A stretch of DNA of 64,000 nucleotides from positions 39,734 to 103,733 of the forward strand of contig JAHFLF010000002.1 in the NCBI GenBank assembly GCA_023255625.1, written 5' to 3'. Shown here one piece after another: positions 50,294 through 57,615 of this stretch. Within the stretch, counting starts at the first letter, position 1. Every line of letters begins with the position of its first letter. Origin of the DNA: Candidatus Harrisonbacteria bacterium. Lineage in GTDB: Bacteria > Patescibacteriota > Minisyncoccia > UBA6257 > 1-14-0-10-44-23. A model generated the notes under the pieces. That model saw only the letters and a list, made by a program, of their open reading frames with translations, ran no database searches and was not told where the DNA came from. Both the position numbers and the translations under genes were made by a program.

Positions 50294-50998
50294 TCAGAGC
50301 CGAGCGAGATCATCGACCAAGCTCTTCGCCAAGTCAGTGTCCCGCACATGGGCATTGATCTGCTCGATCATCTTCGAGAGACCAACGTCCGCGATGAGCG
50401 CCGGATAGCTCCGACGCATCGCCTGCCGCCGATCTTCGGCGACCTTGGGCAGAGGCGGCCTGGACGTGAGAGCTGCGAAATAGCTCTCCGCGTCCTTGCC
50501 GAACGCCTCCAAGGCGGCGTTCTGGACCACCTTCACCTTCGCCGCTGCCTGCGCGTCGGCGAAGTCGCGCATCGCCGCCCGGATCAGATCCGGCGTCTTC
50601 GCCTGCTGCTCGGCCAGGTCCTTGACCTGCGCCGCCAGCGCGACGATGGCCGGGTCGACTCTCGGCGCCTTCTCGAGCGCCTCGAGTCGCTTCTCGAGCG
50701 TGCTCTTGTCGGCGAGCTGCTTCGCCAGCCCGGCGATCTGCGCCTGCAGCTGCTTGAAGGACTCGTCGGACACCTGCGATGCGGCACTCTGTGTGCCGGA
50801 CAGTCTGGCGAGACTCGCCTCCGACGCCGCCAGCCGCGTCTCGAGCCGGTTGATCCCCTCGGTCGCCGCGTCGACGCGCCCGGAGACCTCGTCGGCGTGC
50901 TGACTGCCGCCGCCGAACTGTCCGTAGGAAACCCCCCACGCGACGGCGCCCAGGACCGCGACCGCCCCGACCCACAGAAGAATATTCGTGAGCTTCAT
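50294..50998 (-). CDS. Membrane-anchored coiled-coil protein (GC-rich island)
   Basis: Likely start MKLTNILLWVGAVAVLGAVAWGV (TM anchor) after SD GGAGAGGGAGGG; Ala/Gln/Leu-rich heptad-like remainder. Confidence 0.5.
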   Translation of the reverse strand: MKLTNILLWVGAVAVLGAVAWGVSYGQFGGGSQHADEVSGRVDAATEGINRLETRLAASEASLARLSGTQSAASQVSDESFKQLQAQIAGLAKQLADKSTLEKRLEALEKAPRVDPAIVALAAQVKDLAEQQAKTPDLIRAAMRDFADAQAAAKVKVVQNAALEAFGKDAESYFAALTSRPPLPKVAEDRRQAMRRSYPALIADVGLSKMIEQINAHVRDTDLAKSLVDDLARL

Positions 50999-51079
50999 AA
51001 AACCCTCCCTCTCCGACCCTACTTGGGGTACGGACCAACGGCTTCTGGCCGCTGGCAATCGGGCATTTCCGACCTAAAT

Positions 51080-51109
51080 ATTATAGCATATAAATAGCAT
51101 CTCTGTCAA
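51080..51109 (-). promoter_or_regulatory. Consensus sigma70 promoter TTGACA-18-TATAAT driving 50294..50998
   Basis: Minus-strand read: cttgacagagatgctatttatatgctataat. Confidence 0.5.
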
Positions 51110-51234
51110 GCAATCAAATTGTTATAAAAACGGCACGCCCCCAAAGTACAGTTCTTCTGTATCTCCAGGGGCGCATGCTCGGACTGATTTTGCTTGATTC
51201 CGATGAAGTCCGTAGACATCGGAGCAATTGGTGA

Positions 51235-51900
51235 TCACTTCTTGAAGAAGATCACCGGGTGCGGCTTCTCTGCCGGAGCCGGAGTCGCGTGCGGCTGTCG
51301 GCTCGCCCGAATGAAGTTCAGGACGGCGAAGCCGAGCAGGATCACCAGGACGGCGAAGACAATCCGCAGCGGCCAGCTCGTCCTCGGCTGCTGCTCGACG
51401 ACCTCGTCGGACTCCGGCTGCTCGGAGACCTCCGTCCGATCGTCGGCAGCTGGAGCTGCCGGGCGGCCTCGTCGAAAGACCTCCTGGACAGCCAAGGCGT
51501 CTGGCTGCCTTGCAGCCGCAGGGACTTCGTCGACGAAGGTGTCCTGTCTCGAGATCTCGACCGTCGCCATCCTCGGCTCGGCCGACGACAGGTCCAGGTC
51601 GTCCCCCTCGCCGAAGATCAGGTCGTCGGAGGCATCCTCCGAGTCGCCCTTCTTCCCAGCCGAGAGGTCGATGACGCCCGTCTCCTCTTCGGACCGCACG
51701 CCGGTCAGGTCGAGGTTCTCGACGTCCGCCTTGCGGAACTTCATGACGTCGATCTTCTGACCAGGTTTCGCCGGATCATCCTGCTTCTCGCGTAAGGCGC
51801 GGATCTCTCCCTCCGAGACCAGCCGCTTCAGCTTGGGCTCGTCGATGGTGAGGCGCTTCAGGACCTCGTCGAATGTCAAGAACTCGCCGCTCTTGCCCAT
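51235..51900 (-). CDS. HTH (excisionase/MerR-like), acidic linker and C-terminal TM-anchor protein (GC-rich island)
   Basis: Likely start MGKSGEFLTFDEVLKRLTIDEPKLKRLVSEGEIRALRE (HTH_17-like); Asp/Glu-rich middle; C-terminal WPLRIVFAVLVILLGFAVLNFI helix. Confidence 0.45.
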   Translation of the reverse strand: MGKSGEFLTFDEVLKRLTIDEPKLKRLVSEGEIRALREKQDDPAKPGQKIDVMKFRKADVENLDLTGVRSEEETGVIDLSAGKKGDSEDASDDLIFGEGDDLDLSSAEPRMATVEISRQDTFVDEVPAAARQPDALAVQEVFRRGRPAAPAADDRTEVSEQPESDEVVEQQPRTSWPLRIVFAVLVILLGFAVLNFIRASRQPHATPAPAEKPHPVIFFKK

Positions 51901-51980
51901 GATCGTCTCCCTTCCCTCCGTGCAAAAACACAGAGGAACGCAGCACAACGCCGCGTTTAACGGTCATTTCCGTCAAAATT

Positions 51981-52009
51981 AACATAGCATTTTATTATCA
52001 AAATGTCAA
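51981..52009 (-). promoter_or_regulatory. sigma70-like promoter TTGACA-17-TATGTT driving 51235..51900
   Basis: Minus-strand read: tttgacattttgataataaaatgctatgtt. Confidence 0.45.
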
Positions 52010-52049
52010 ATCTAACACCGCGAGTTCAACAAGTAAGTGCAAAGCCGCA

Positions 52050-52118
52050 AACCTAGAGTTTCCCCCAAGATGAGCAGGGATACCTTTTACTGCTCCCTTT
52101 GGGGGAAACTCTAGGTTT
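52050..52118. repeat. Core-conserved palindromic element, copy 4 (+ orientation)
   Basis: Arms aacctagagtttccccc / gggggaaactctaggttt; core identical to copy 1. Confidence 0.6.
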
Positions 52119-52130
52119 GCGATTCGGAAT

Positions 52131-52202
52131 GAAAACTTAAGATTCTCCCCATAGGGAGCACTAAATCCTATGTGCTCATCTTGGGGAGAATCTTAAGTTT
52201 TC
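52131..52202. repeat. Core-conserved palindromic element, copy 5 (- orientation, variant core with compensatory stem change), convergent with copy 4
   Basis: Arms gaaaacttaagattctcccc / ggggagaatcttaagttttc. Inner stem GAGCAC/GTGCTC replaces GAGCAG/CTGCTC. Confidence 0.55.
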
Positions 52203-52249
52203 TGATTAATCAACATCGGTATGTGTTTTGGGTTAAATACATTCAACAA

Positions 52250-52456
52250 AAAAGAAAAGAGCCGAGTACCAGTGAAGGTATCCTCGGACTCTTTTCGCTA
52301 CCGGTATTTTTCGGGTCTTCCTGCCCGCGTTCCCACCGGTAGGAACAACTCTCACTGGAACGAACTTTCACCTCTCAATCTGGGAATACTCCTTTTCTTC
52401 AGCTACTCTCAACCAGATTCCCCTTTGGTTGAGTGGCTGTGGCGCGAAGTTGCGCC
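52250..52456 (-). repeat. 207-bp duplicated element, copy 2, directly after the TAG stop of 52456..53043
   Basis: One mismatch against copy 1 (tatttttcgg vs tatttctcgg). Confidence 0.6.
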
Positions 52457-53043
52457 TACGGGAGCTGGGCGGTCGCCAGCCCGATCAGCCCACTGTGCTT
52501 GGTGGCCACGACGGCCGCCAGACAGGTGGCGTTGTCGGGAAAGGGCTTGCCGCCGTTGCCCACCCTGCGGAACTTCCGCACCAGGAACACCGCTTCGGCG
52601 CTCCTGCCGTCGTCGATGAGCGCCGCGGCCTCGGCGAGCAGCTTGTCCGCGACCGGACCCGCTGCCGGAGCCGACTTCTTCTCGAGGACATCGACCCGCG
52701 CCCCGAGGTCGACGACCTCGTCGGCGATCGCGCCGACGACCGTGGACGATGCCCAGTCCTTGGGGTTGAACCCCGCGGACGACGCCGGCACGGCAGTCTG
52801 CGCGGCGACCGGAGCGGTGGCAGAGGCCGCCGGCGCAGGGGCCGCCACCGCCACCGGCTGGCTCACGACCGGCGTCGGCAGTGTCGCAGCCGGAGCCGCC
52901 ACGACAGCCGCCGGCGTGGCGGCAGTCGCCTGCTGCGGGCACGAACCCGCAGTCGGATCGGCGCTGACGCCGATCCCGAACACGCTCCGACATCCTCCCG
53001 CCGCGAGCACCGCGGCGAGCACGACCAACCTTCGCGTCTGCAT
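52456..53043 (-). CDS. Putative lipoprotein, Ala/Pro-rich (GC-rich island)
   Basis: MQTRRLVVLAAVLAAGGC signal/lipobox; PAAVVAAPAATLPTPVVSQPVAVAAPAPAASATAP linker; SD GGGAGGAG. Confidence 0.5.
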   Translation of the reverse strand: MQTRRLVVLAAVLAAGGCRSVFGIGVSADPTAGSCPQQATAATPAAVVAAPAATLPTPVVSQPVAVAAPAPAASATAPVAAQTAVPASSAGFNPKDWASSTVVGAIADEVVDLGARVDVLEKKSAPAAGPVADKLLAEAAALIDDGRSAEAVFLVRKFRRVGNGGKPFPDNATCLAAVVATKHSGLIGLATAQLP

Positions 53044-53123
53044 CGTTCGATCTCCTCCCGGGGTTTTACCCCGTTCTAATGGACCCGCCCGACCCTCGCT
53101 GGGTCAGTCCGAATCGCCTAAAA

Positions 53124-53152
53124 TATATAGCATATTGCAATAAAAATGTCAA
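53124..53152 (-). promoter_or_regulatory. sigma70-like promoter TTGACA-17-TATATA driving 52456..53043
   Basis: Minus-strand read: tttgacatttttattgcaatatgctatata. Confidence 0.45.
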
Positions 53153-53191
53153 ATATCGTTCTATTGAGTTCAAAACTAGGCCAGCATTTAG

Positions 53192-53263
53192 CCAATGCAA
53201 AATCCGCACCAAGATGAGCAGGGATACCTTTTACTGCTCCCTATGGTGCGGACTTTGCATTGG
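53192..53263. repeat. Core-conserved palindromic element, copy 6 (+ orientation); a degenerate partner lies at about 53271-53300
   Basis: Arms ccaatgcaaaatccgcacc / ggtgcggactttgcattgg (1 mismatch); core CAAGATGAGCAGGGATACCTTTTACTGCTCCCTATGG. Confidence 0.55.
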
Positions 53264-53391
53264 CTGTCTCGCCAAATAGATCTTATCTGCTCACCTTGGG
53301 GAGAAGCTTGGGGCAACTGCTCTAGCCAAAATGACCGCTCTATAGTTCAATATTGCATTTCTGTTAGATTTTCAAATAAAAACTTAAATCT

Positions 53392-53425
53392 CCATGTTAC
53401 AGCGTACTAGTACGCTGTAACATGG
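53392..53425. repeat. Perfect 34-bp palindrome
   Basis: ccatgttacagcgtac-ta-gtacgctgtaacatgg with no flanking T/A run; lies between the island and the leuS terminator. Confidence 0.6.
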
Positions 53426-53463
53426 CTAGGAAATAAACTGAAGTAAAAAATGAGCGACAAGAT

Positions 53464-53520
53464 AAAAAATTACGGGATTTTGGCAATAGAACCCCGTTTG
53501 CCAAAATCCCGTAATTTTTT
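53464..53520 (-). terminator. Bidirectional intrinsic terminator downstream of leuS
   Basis: 23-bp perfect inverted repeat aaaaaattacgggattttggcaa / ttgccaaaatcccgtaatttttt with A/T runs on both sides. Confidence 0.65.
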
Positions 53521-53540
53521 ATTGCCCGCCAAAACAAAAA

Positions 53541-55964
53541 TCAAATAATTAGATTAATCAGCCGGTCTGGCACAAAGATCACTTTCTTCGGAGCGCCGCT
53601 CACCCATTTTTTAATACTTTCTTGCAAAAGAGCCAACTCAATCGCCTCGGCTTGAGTAATCCCCTTTTGTGCCTGTATAGTCCCACGCACCCGGCCGTTC
53701 ACCTGAATAATTAAATCAAAAGTATGCTCGATAATAAGCGAGGGATCAAAGGAGGGCCAGGGCTGTTGGCACAGTAGTAACGAATCGCGAGTAGCGAGTA
53801 GCGAGTTTAATTCTTCAGTGATATGCGGAGCGAAGGGCGACAAAATTTTCAGGAATTTCTGCCAATCTTCATTTGTAATCTGTAATTTGTAATTCGTGAT
53901 TTGATTTATGAATATCATCATCGCAGAAACAGCTGTGTTAAACGACATGCTCTCAATGTCTTCTGAAACTTTTTTGATGGTCTTATGCAGTAAACGAACC
54001 ACTTTGGTATCACTCGTGCTCACCCGTGCCTCACTTGTGCCCACATGTATCCCTATCTTCCATATCTTCTCCAAAAACCTGGCCGTACCTAATACGCCAT
54101 GGTTATCCCACGCCGCCGCTTGATTAAATGGTGCGATAAACAAAATGTAGAGCCGCAGGGCGTCAGCACCAAACTCTTTAACAAAATCATCCGGGTTGAC
54201 AATGTTGCCAACGGACTTGCTCATCTTAGCTCCATCGCTGGCAAGAATAGTCCCCTGCGCCGTTCGCTTTTGATACGGTTCTTTGACCGGTACAAGCCCC
54301 TGATCGTACAAAAATAAATTCCAAAAACGGGAATAAAGTAAATGTAGCGTAACATGCTCCATGCCGCCGTTGTACCAATCCACGGGCAGCCAATAAGATA
54401 GTTTATCAAGTTCCAAGTTCCAAGTTGCAAGTGAGACAGGATTCTTAAAAGCATTCGGACTCAAAAGATACGCCATGTAGTACCACGAAGAACCGGCCCA
54501 GTTGGGCATAGTGTCGGTCTCGCGCTTGGCCGGCCCCTTACACTGCGGGCACTTCGTATTTACCCATTTCGTCATTGTTGAAAGCGGCGACTCGCCGTTG
54601 TCTGTGGGCTGATACTTTTCAACTTTAGGCAGCTTTACGGGTAAATCTTTTTCAGGCACCGCAACCCAGCCGCACTTTGCGCAGTTAATAAGCGGGATCG
54701 GTTCACCCCAATATCGCTGGCGGCTAAAAACCCAGTCACGCAGTTTATAGGTAACTGTTTTTTTGCCACCGGTAATTGCCAATGCTTCATCAAAGGAGAT
54801 GAGCGGCTTATCAACAATCGGCAACTTGAATGTCTCTGCGAAGGCCCGGTCGCGCTCGTCATGTTGCGGCACTGCCATAATAGCTCCGGTTCCATAAGCG
54901 ACGAGCACATAATCGCCTATCCATACCGGGATCTTTTCTTTTGTCGCCGGATTAATAACTTTAATGCCTTTTAGCTCAACTCCGGTTTTTGCTTTCCCTT
55001 CCGAGGATCGGTCAAGATCGCTCTTCAGCTTTGTTTCTGCAATGTACTCTTGAACCTCTTTATAATTTGCAATTTGCAATTTAATTTTCTCGATAATTGA
55101 ATGTTCCGGCGCAAGCACGAGATAGGTCGCTCCGGAAATAGTGTCCGGCCGGGTGGTGAAGACCTTGATTAACTGGATTGCCACGCTACGCCCGCCAGAG
55201 GCGGGCAAGCTCGCAATGACAAGCGGGAATTCAATTTCCGCTCCCTCGCTGCGTCCAATCCAGTTTTCTTGCTGCGCTTTTATCTCCGGCAGATACTCAA
55301 CCTCTTTCAGCCCTTCAAGCAGTTTATCGGCATAAGCCGTAATTTTCAGCATCCATTGCTCCTTCTCACGCTGCTCAACTGCAGTGCCACATCGTTCGCA
55401 CTTGCCGCTAATAACTTCTTCGTTCGCCAGACCAATTTTATCTTTTGGACACCAGTTAATATTGACCCGCGCCTTGTAAGCCAGTCCGGCCTTAAATAAT
55501 TGCAGAAAAATCCACTGCGTCCATTTGTAATACTGCGGATCGGTCGTATTCACCTCGCGACTCCAGTCAAAAGAATACCCAAGCGACTGTAGCTGTTTAC
55601 GAAAATTTGTAGTATTTTGTTTGGTCGCAGTCTGCGGCGGAATACCAGTTTTAATCGCATAATTTTCAGTCGGCAGGCCAAAAGCGTCCCAACCCATGGG
55701 AAAAAGCACATTGTAACCTTCCATACGCCGCTTGCGGGCAAGCACATCAAAAGCCGTATAGGAACGCAGGTGGCCCATATGCATGCCCGCGCCAGATGGG
55801 TATGGAAATTCAACCAGGGCGTAGTACTTCTCCGACGCTTGCGGCGCAAGGTCGGAGCCCCGACCCTCCAGGCGTCGGGGTGGATCATCCTTGGCCTCGA
55901 AAACTTTTTCCGCTGTCCATTTTTTCTGCCACTTTTTTTCTATTTTCTGCGGATCGTAGTTCAT
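53541..55964 (-). CDS. leuS: Leucine--tRNA ligase
   Basis: MNYDPQKIEKKWQKKW start (the ORF-track N-terminus from 56066 is probably spurious). HMGH and KMSKS (AKMSKSVGN) motifs, CP1 editing domain. Contains a GC-rich palindromic in-frame insertion (PPRRLEGRGSDLAPQASE) just before the YPSG motif. Confidence 0.9.
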   Translation of the reverse strand: MNYDPQKIEKKWQKKWTAEKVFEAKDDPPRRLEGRGSDLAPQASEKYYALVEFPYPSGAGMHMGHLRSYTAFDVLARKRRMEGYNVLFPMGWDAFGLPTENYAIKTGIPPQTATKQNTTNFRKQLQSLGYSFDWSREVNTTDPQYYKWTQWIFLQLFKAGLAYKARVNINWCPKDKIGLANEEVISGKCERCGTAVEQREKEQWMLKITAYADKLLEGLKEVEYLPEIKAQQENWIGRSEGAEIEFPLVIASLPASGGRSVAIQLIKVFTTRPDTISGATYLVLAPEHSIIEKIKLQIANYKEVQEYIAETKLKSDLDRSSEGKAKTGVELKGIKVINPATKEKIPVWIGDYVLVAYGTGAIMAVPQHDERDRAFAETFKLPIVDKPLISFDEALAITGGKKTVTYKLRDWVFSRQRYWGEPIPLINCAKCGWVAVPEKDLPVKLPKVEKYQPTDNGESPLSTMTKWVNTKCPQCKGPAKRETDTMPNWAGSSWYYMAYLLSPNAFKNPVSLATWNLELDKLSYWLPVDWYNGGMEHVTLHLLYSRFWNLFLYDQGLVPVKEPYQKRTAQGTILASDGAKMSKSVGNIVNPDDFVKEFGADALRLYILFIAPFNQAAAWDNHGVLGTARFLEKIWKIGIHVGTSEARVSTSDTKVVRLLHKTIKKVSEDIESMSFNTAVSAMMIFINQITNYKLQITNEDWQKFLKILSPFAPHITEELNSLLATRDSLLLCQQPWPSFDPSLIIEHTFDLIIQVNGRVRGTIQAQKGITQAEAIELALLQESIKKWVSGAPKKVIFVPDRLINLII

Positions 55965-56034
55965 GGGAATGAAGTATGGGATAAGAATTATGAAGTATGG
56001 AAAATAAATTCCCGCTGCCCTTAATTCATACTTC

Positions 56035-56937
56035 TCACTTCTTAATTCCGAAAATGCGTTCCGCATTTTCGGTGGTTATTCTTGCCATTTCATCATACGA
56101 CACTCCCTTAATTTCCGCTAATTTTTTTACAACCTCTGTAATATATGCCGGCTCGTTGCGCTTCCCGCGGTGCGGCTCGGGGCTAACATACGGGGCGTCG
56201 GTTTCGGTCAGCAGCCGGTCAAGAGGAATCATTTTAATCTGCTCATCATAGTCCGGGCACTTGCCCGCCTTAGGCGGGAAGGTAATGACACCACCGAATT
56301 CAAAGTTAAATCCTGCTTGAAGAAATTTCTTGGTCATTGCTGCGGAGCCAACATAGAAATGTAGGACTCGCGGAAGTATGAAGTTAGAATTATGAATTAT
56401 GGCAAGGAGGTCTTCGTAAGCATCATCGGTGCTTTTGCCGGGCTTGCCCTCCGTAGCTTTAGCGAAGGAGGGCCGGCAATGAATCATGAGCGCTTTACCG
56501 ACCTCCTGCGCAATCCGTACATGCTGCAAAAACACATCTTTCTGTTTTATTCGTACTTTCGTAAAAGATTCGTCATTCGTAGCTCTATAGTAATCCAACC
56601 CGCACTCGCCGATAGCAACGACTTTTGGGTCGCGCGCTAAATTCAAATAAAAATCGTAATCAAACTCTTCCTCGCGACTCGTAAAACTCTTTGCCGCCGC
56701 TCCGCCCCCAAGCTCATTCTCATCATGATACGACTTTGCGGTGTGAACAGGATGCAAGCCGATCGCGGCGTAAACATCCTTTTCATAAAAGTTGGCAATC
56801 TCAACCGCCCGCGCAGAGGTATCCCGCTGCGTACCAACATTAATGATTGAAACGCCGGCAGCTAAAGAGCGGTCAATGACCTCTTTCCAATCCTTTTCAA
56901 AAGCGGCAAATTGTACATGCGTATGGCAATCGAACAT
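56035..56937 (-). CDS. tatD: TatD-family metal-dependent hydrolase/DNase
   Basis: MFDCHTHVQF (HxH), later GLHP and GECGLDY motifs. Confidence 0.8.
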   Translation of the reverse strand: MFDCHTHVQFAAFEKDWKEVIDRSLAAGVSIINVGTQRDTSARAVEIANFYEKDVYAAIGLHPVHTAKSYHDENELGGGAAAKSFTSREEEFDYDFYLNLARDPKVVAIGECGLDYYRATNDESFTKVRIKQKDVFLQHVRIAQEVGKALMIHCRPSFAKATEGKPGKSTDDAYEDLLAIIHNSNFILPRVLHFYVGSAAMTKKFLQAGFNFEFGGVITFPPKAGKCPDYDEQIKMIPLDRLLTETDAPYVSPEPHRGKRNEPAYITEVVKKLAEIKGVSYDEMARITTENAERIFGIKK

Positions 56938-57296
56938 AAAGAGTAATCGCTAATATACGAATAGCGAATAATGCTAATGGAAATATGATACCAGAAAAAT
57001 TAATTTCAGATAGCCGCTTGACTTAAATTCATTGCTGTTATAGATTACTAAGCAACGGAGAGAGAAAATCTCTCTGGTAAACATAACCTGTGAATCGGAG
57101 TTGGGGTTGAGATGTGGGTTACACGGCCCACCCCGTTAGTCGAAAGAGTCTTGTAAAGCGACTTGTCGAGCCAACTGGAGGGTCTTCCGATCCCTCTTCA
57201 TAACTCGGCATTAGCCACCCTAACTCCTCCATCCTCGCGCGACCCGACAGAAGCTCTGCCGGGTCTTTGATTTTTAAAATATAATCGCTCAACTTG

Positions 57297-57367
57297 TCGG
57301 GATGCCGGGAGTTGAACCCGGGCCGCACAGTCCCGAACCGTGCATACTACCGCTATACGACATCCCG
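57297..57367 (-). tRNA. tRNA-Pro (anticodon CGG)
   Basis: Minus-strand fold: acceptor CGGGATG/CATCCCG, anticodon stem CACGG/CTGTG with loop TTCGGGA, T-arm CCGGG-TTCAACT-CCCGG, discriminator A. Same acceptor as the tRNA-Pro(GGG) at 48082. Confidence 0.75.
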
Positions 57368-57615
57368 TTTTTACCCGCCTCCGGCAGGCCTTCGCTGAAA
57401 GCCCGCTCCGCTACGACATCTAGCATAAAGCATTTGCTCAATTTTGAAAAGTTCATGTATGAGGCCTTATACGGTTAAAAATTCTCCTCTTTCGTTTATA
57501 CCAAATTATCTCCGGAAAAAACTTGATATCATTAAAAGACGACCGTTCTTTAATTATATCAAGTTGCTATCGGACAAAAAATGGGGAAAAAATATCCTGC
57601 TCTTCTACATCTCTT

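Noticed and set aside
50051-51097. Plus-strand ORFs 50051..51097 and 52221..52619 with identical N-termini (…KSRVPVKVSSDSFRYRYFSGLPARVPTGRNNSHWNELSPLNLGILLFFSYSQPDSPLVEWLWREVAP…)
   Set aside because: The identical part is just the translation of the duplicated 207-bp element. Beyond it the two ORFs diverge into high-GC antisense sequence of the real minus-strand genes, which have signal peptides, SDs and consensus promoters.
48953-53310. CRISPR array interpretation of the repeated CAAGATGAGCAGGGATACC… units
   Set aside because: Copies occur in both orientations, are irregularly spaced by hundreds to thousands of bp, have internal palindromes with complementary flanks, and no cas genes are adjacent. 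They are not direct repeats with spacers.
56035-56066. leuS N-terminal extension (MRNAFSELRSEKYELRAAG…) overlapping tatD
   Set aside because: LeuRS orthologs start at the MNYDPQKIEKKW-type motif. The upstream in-frame ATG would overlap the tatD 3' end by 30 nt. Probably an ORF-caller artefact.
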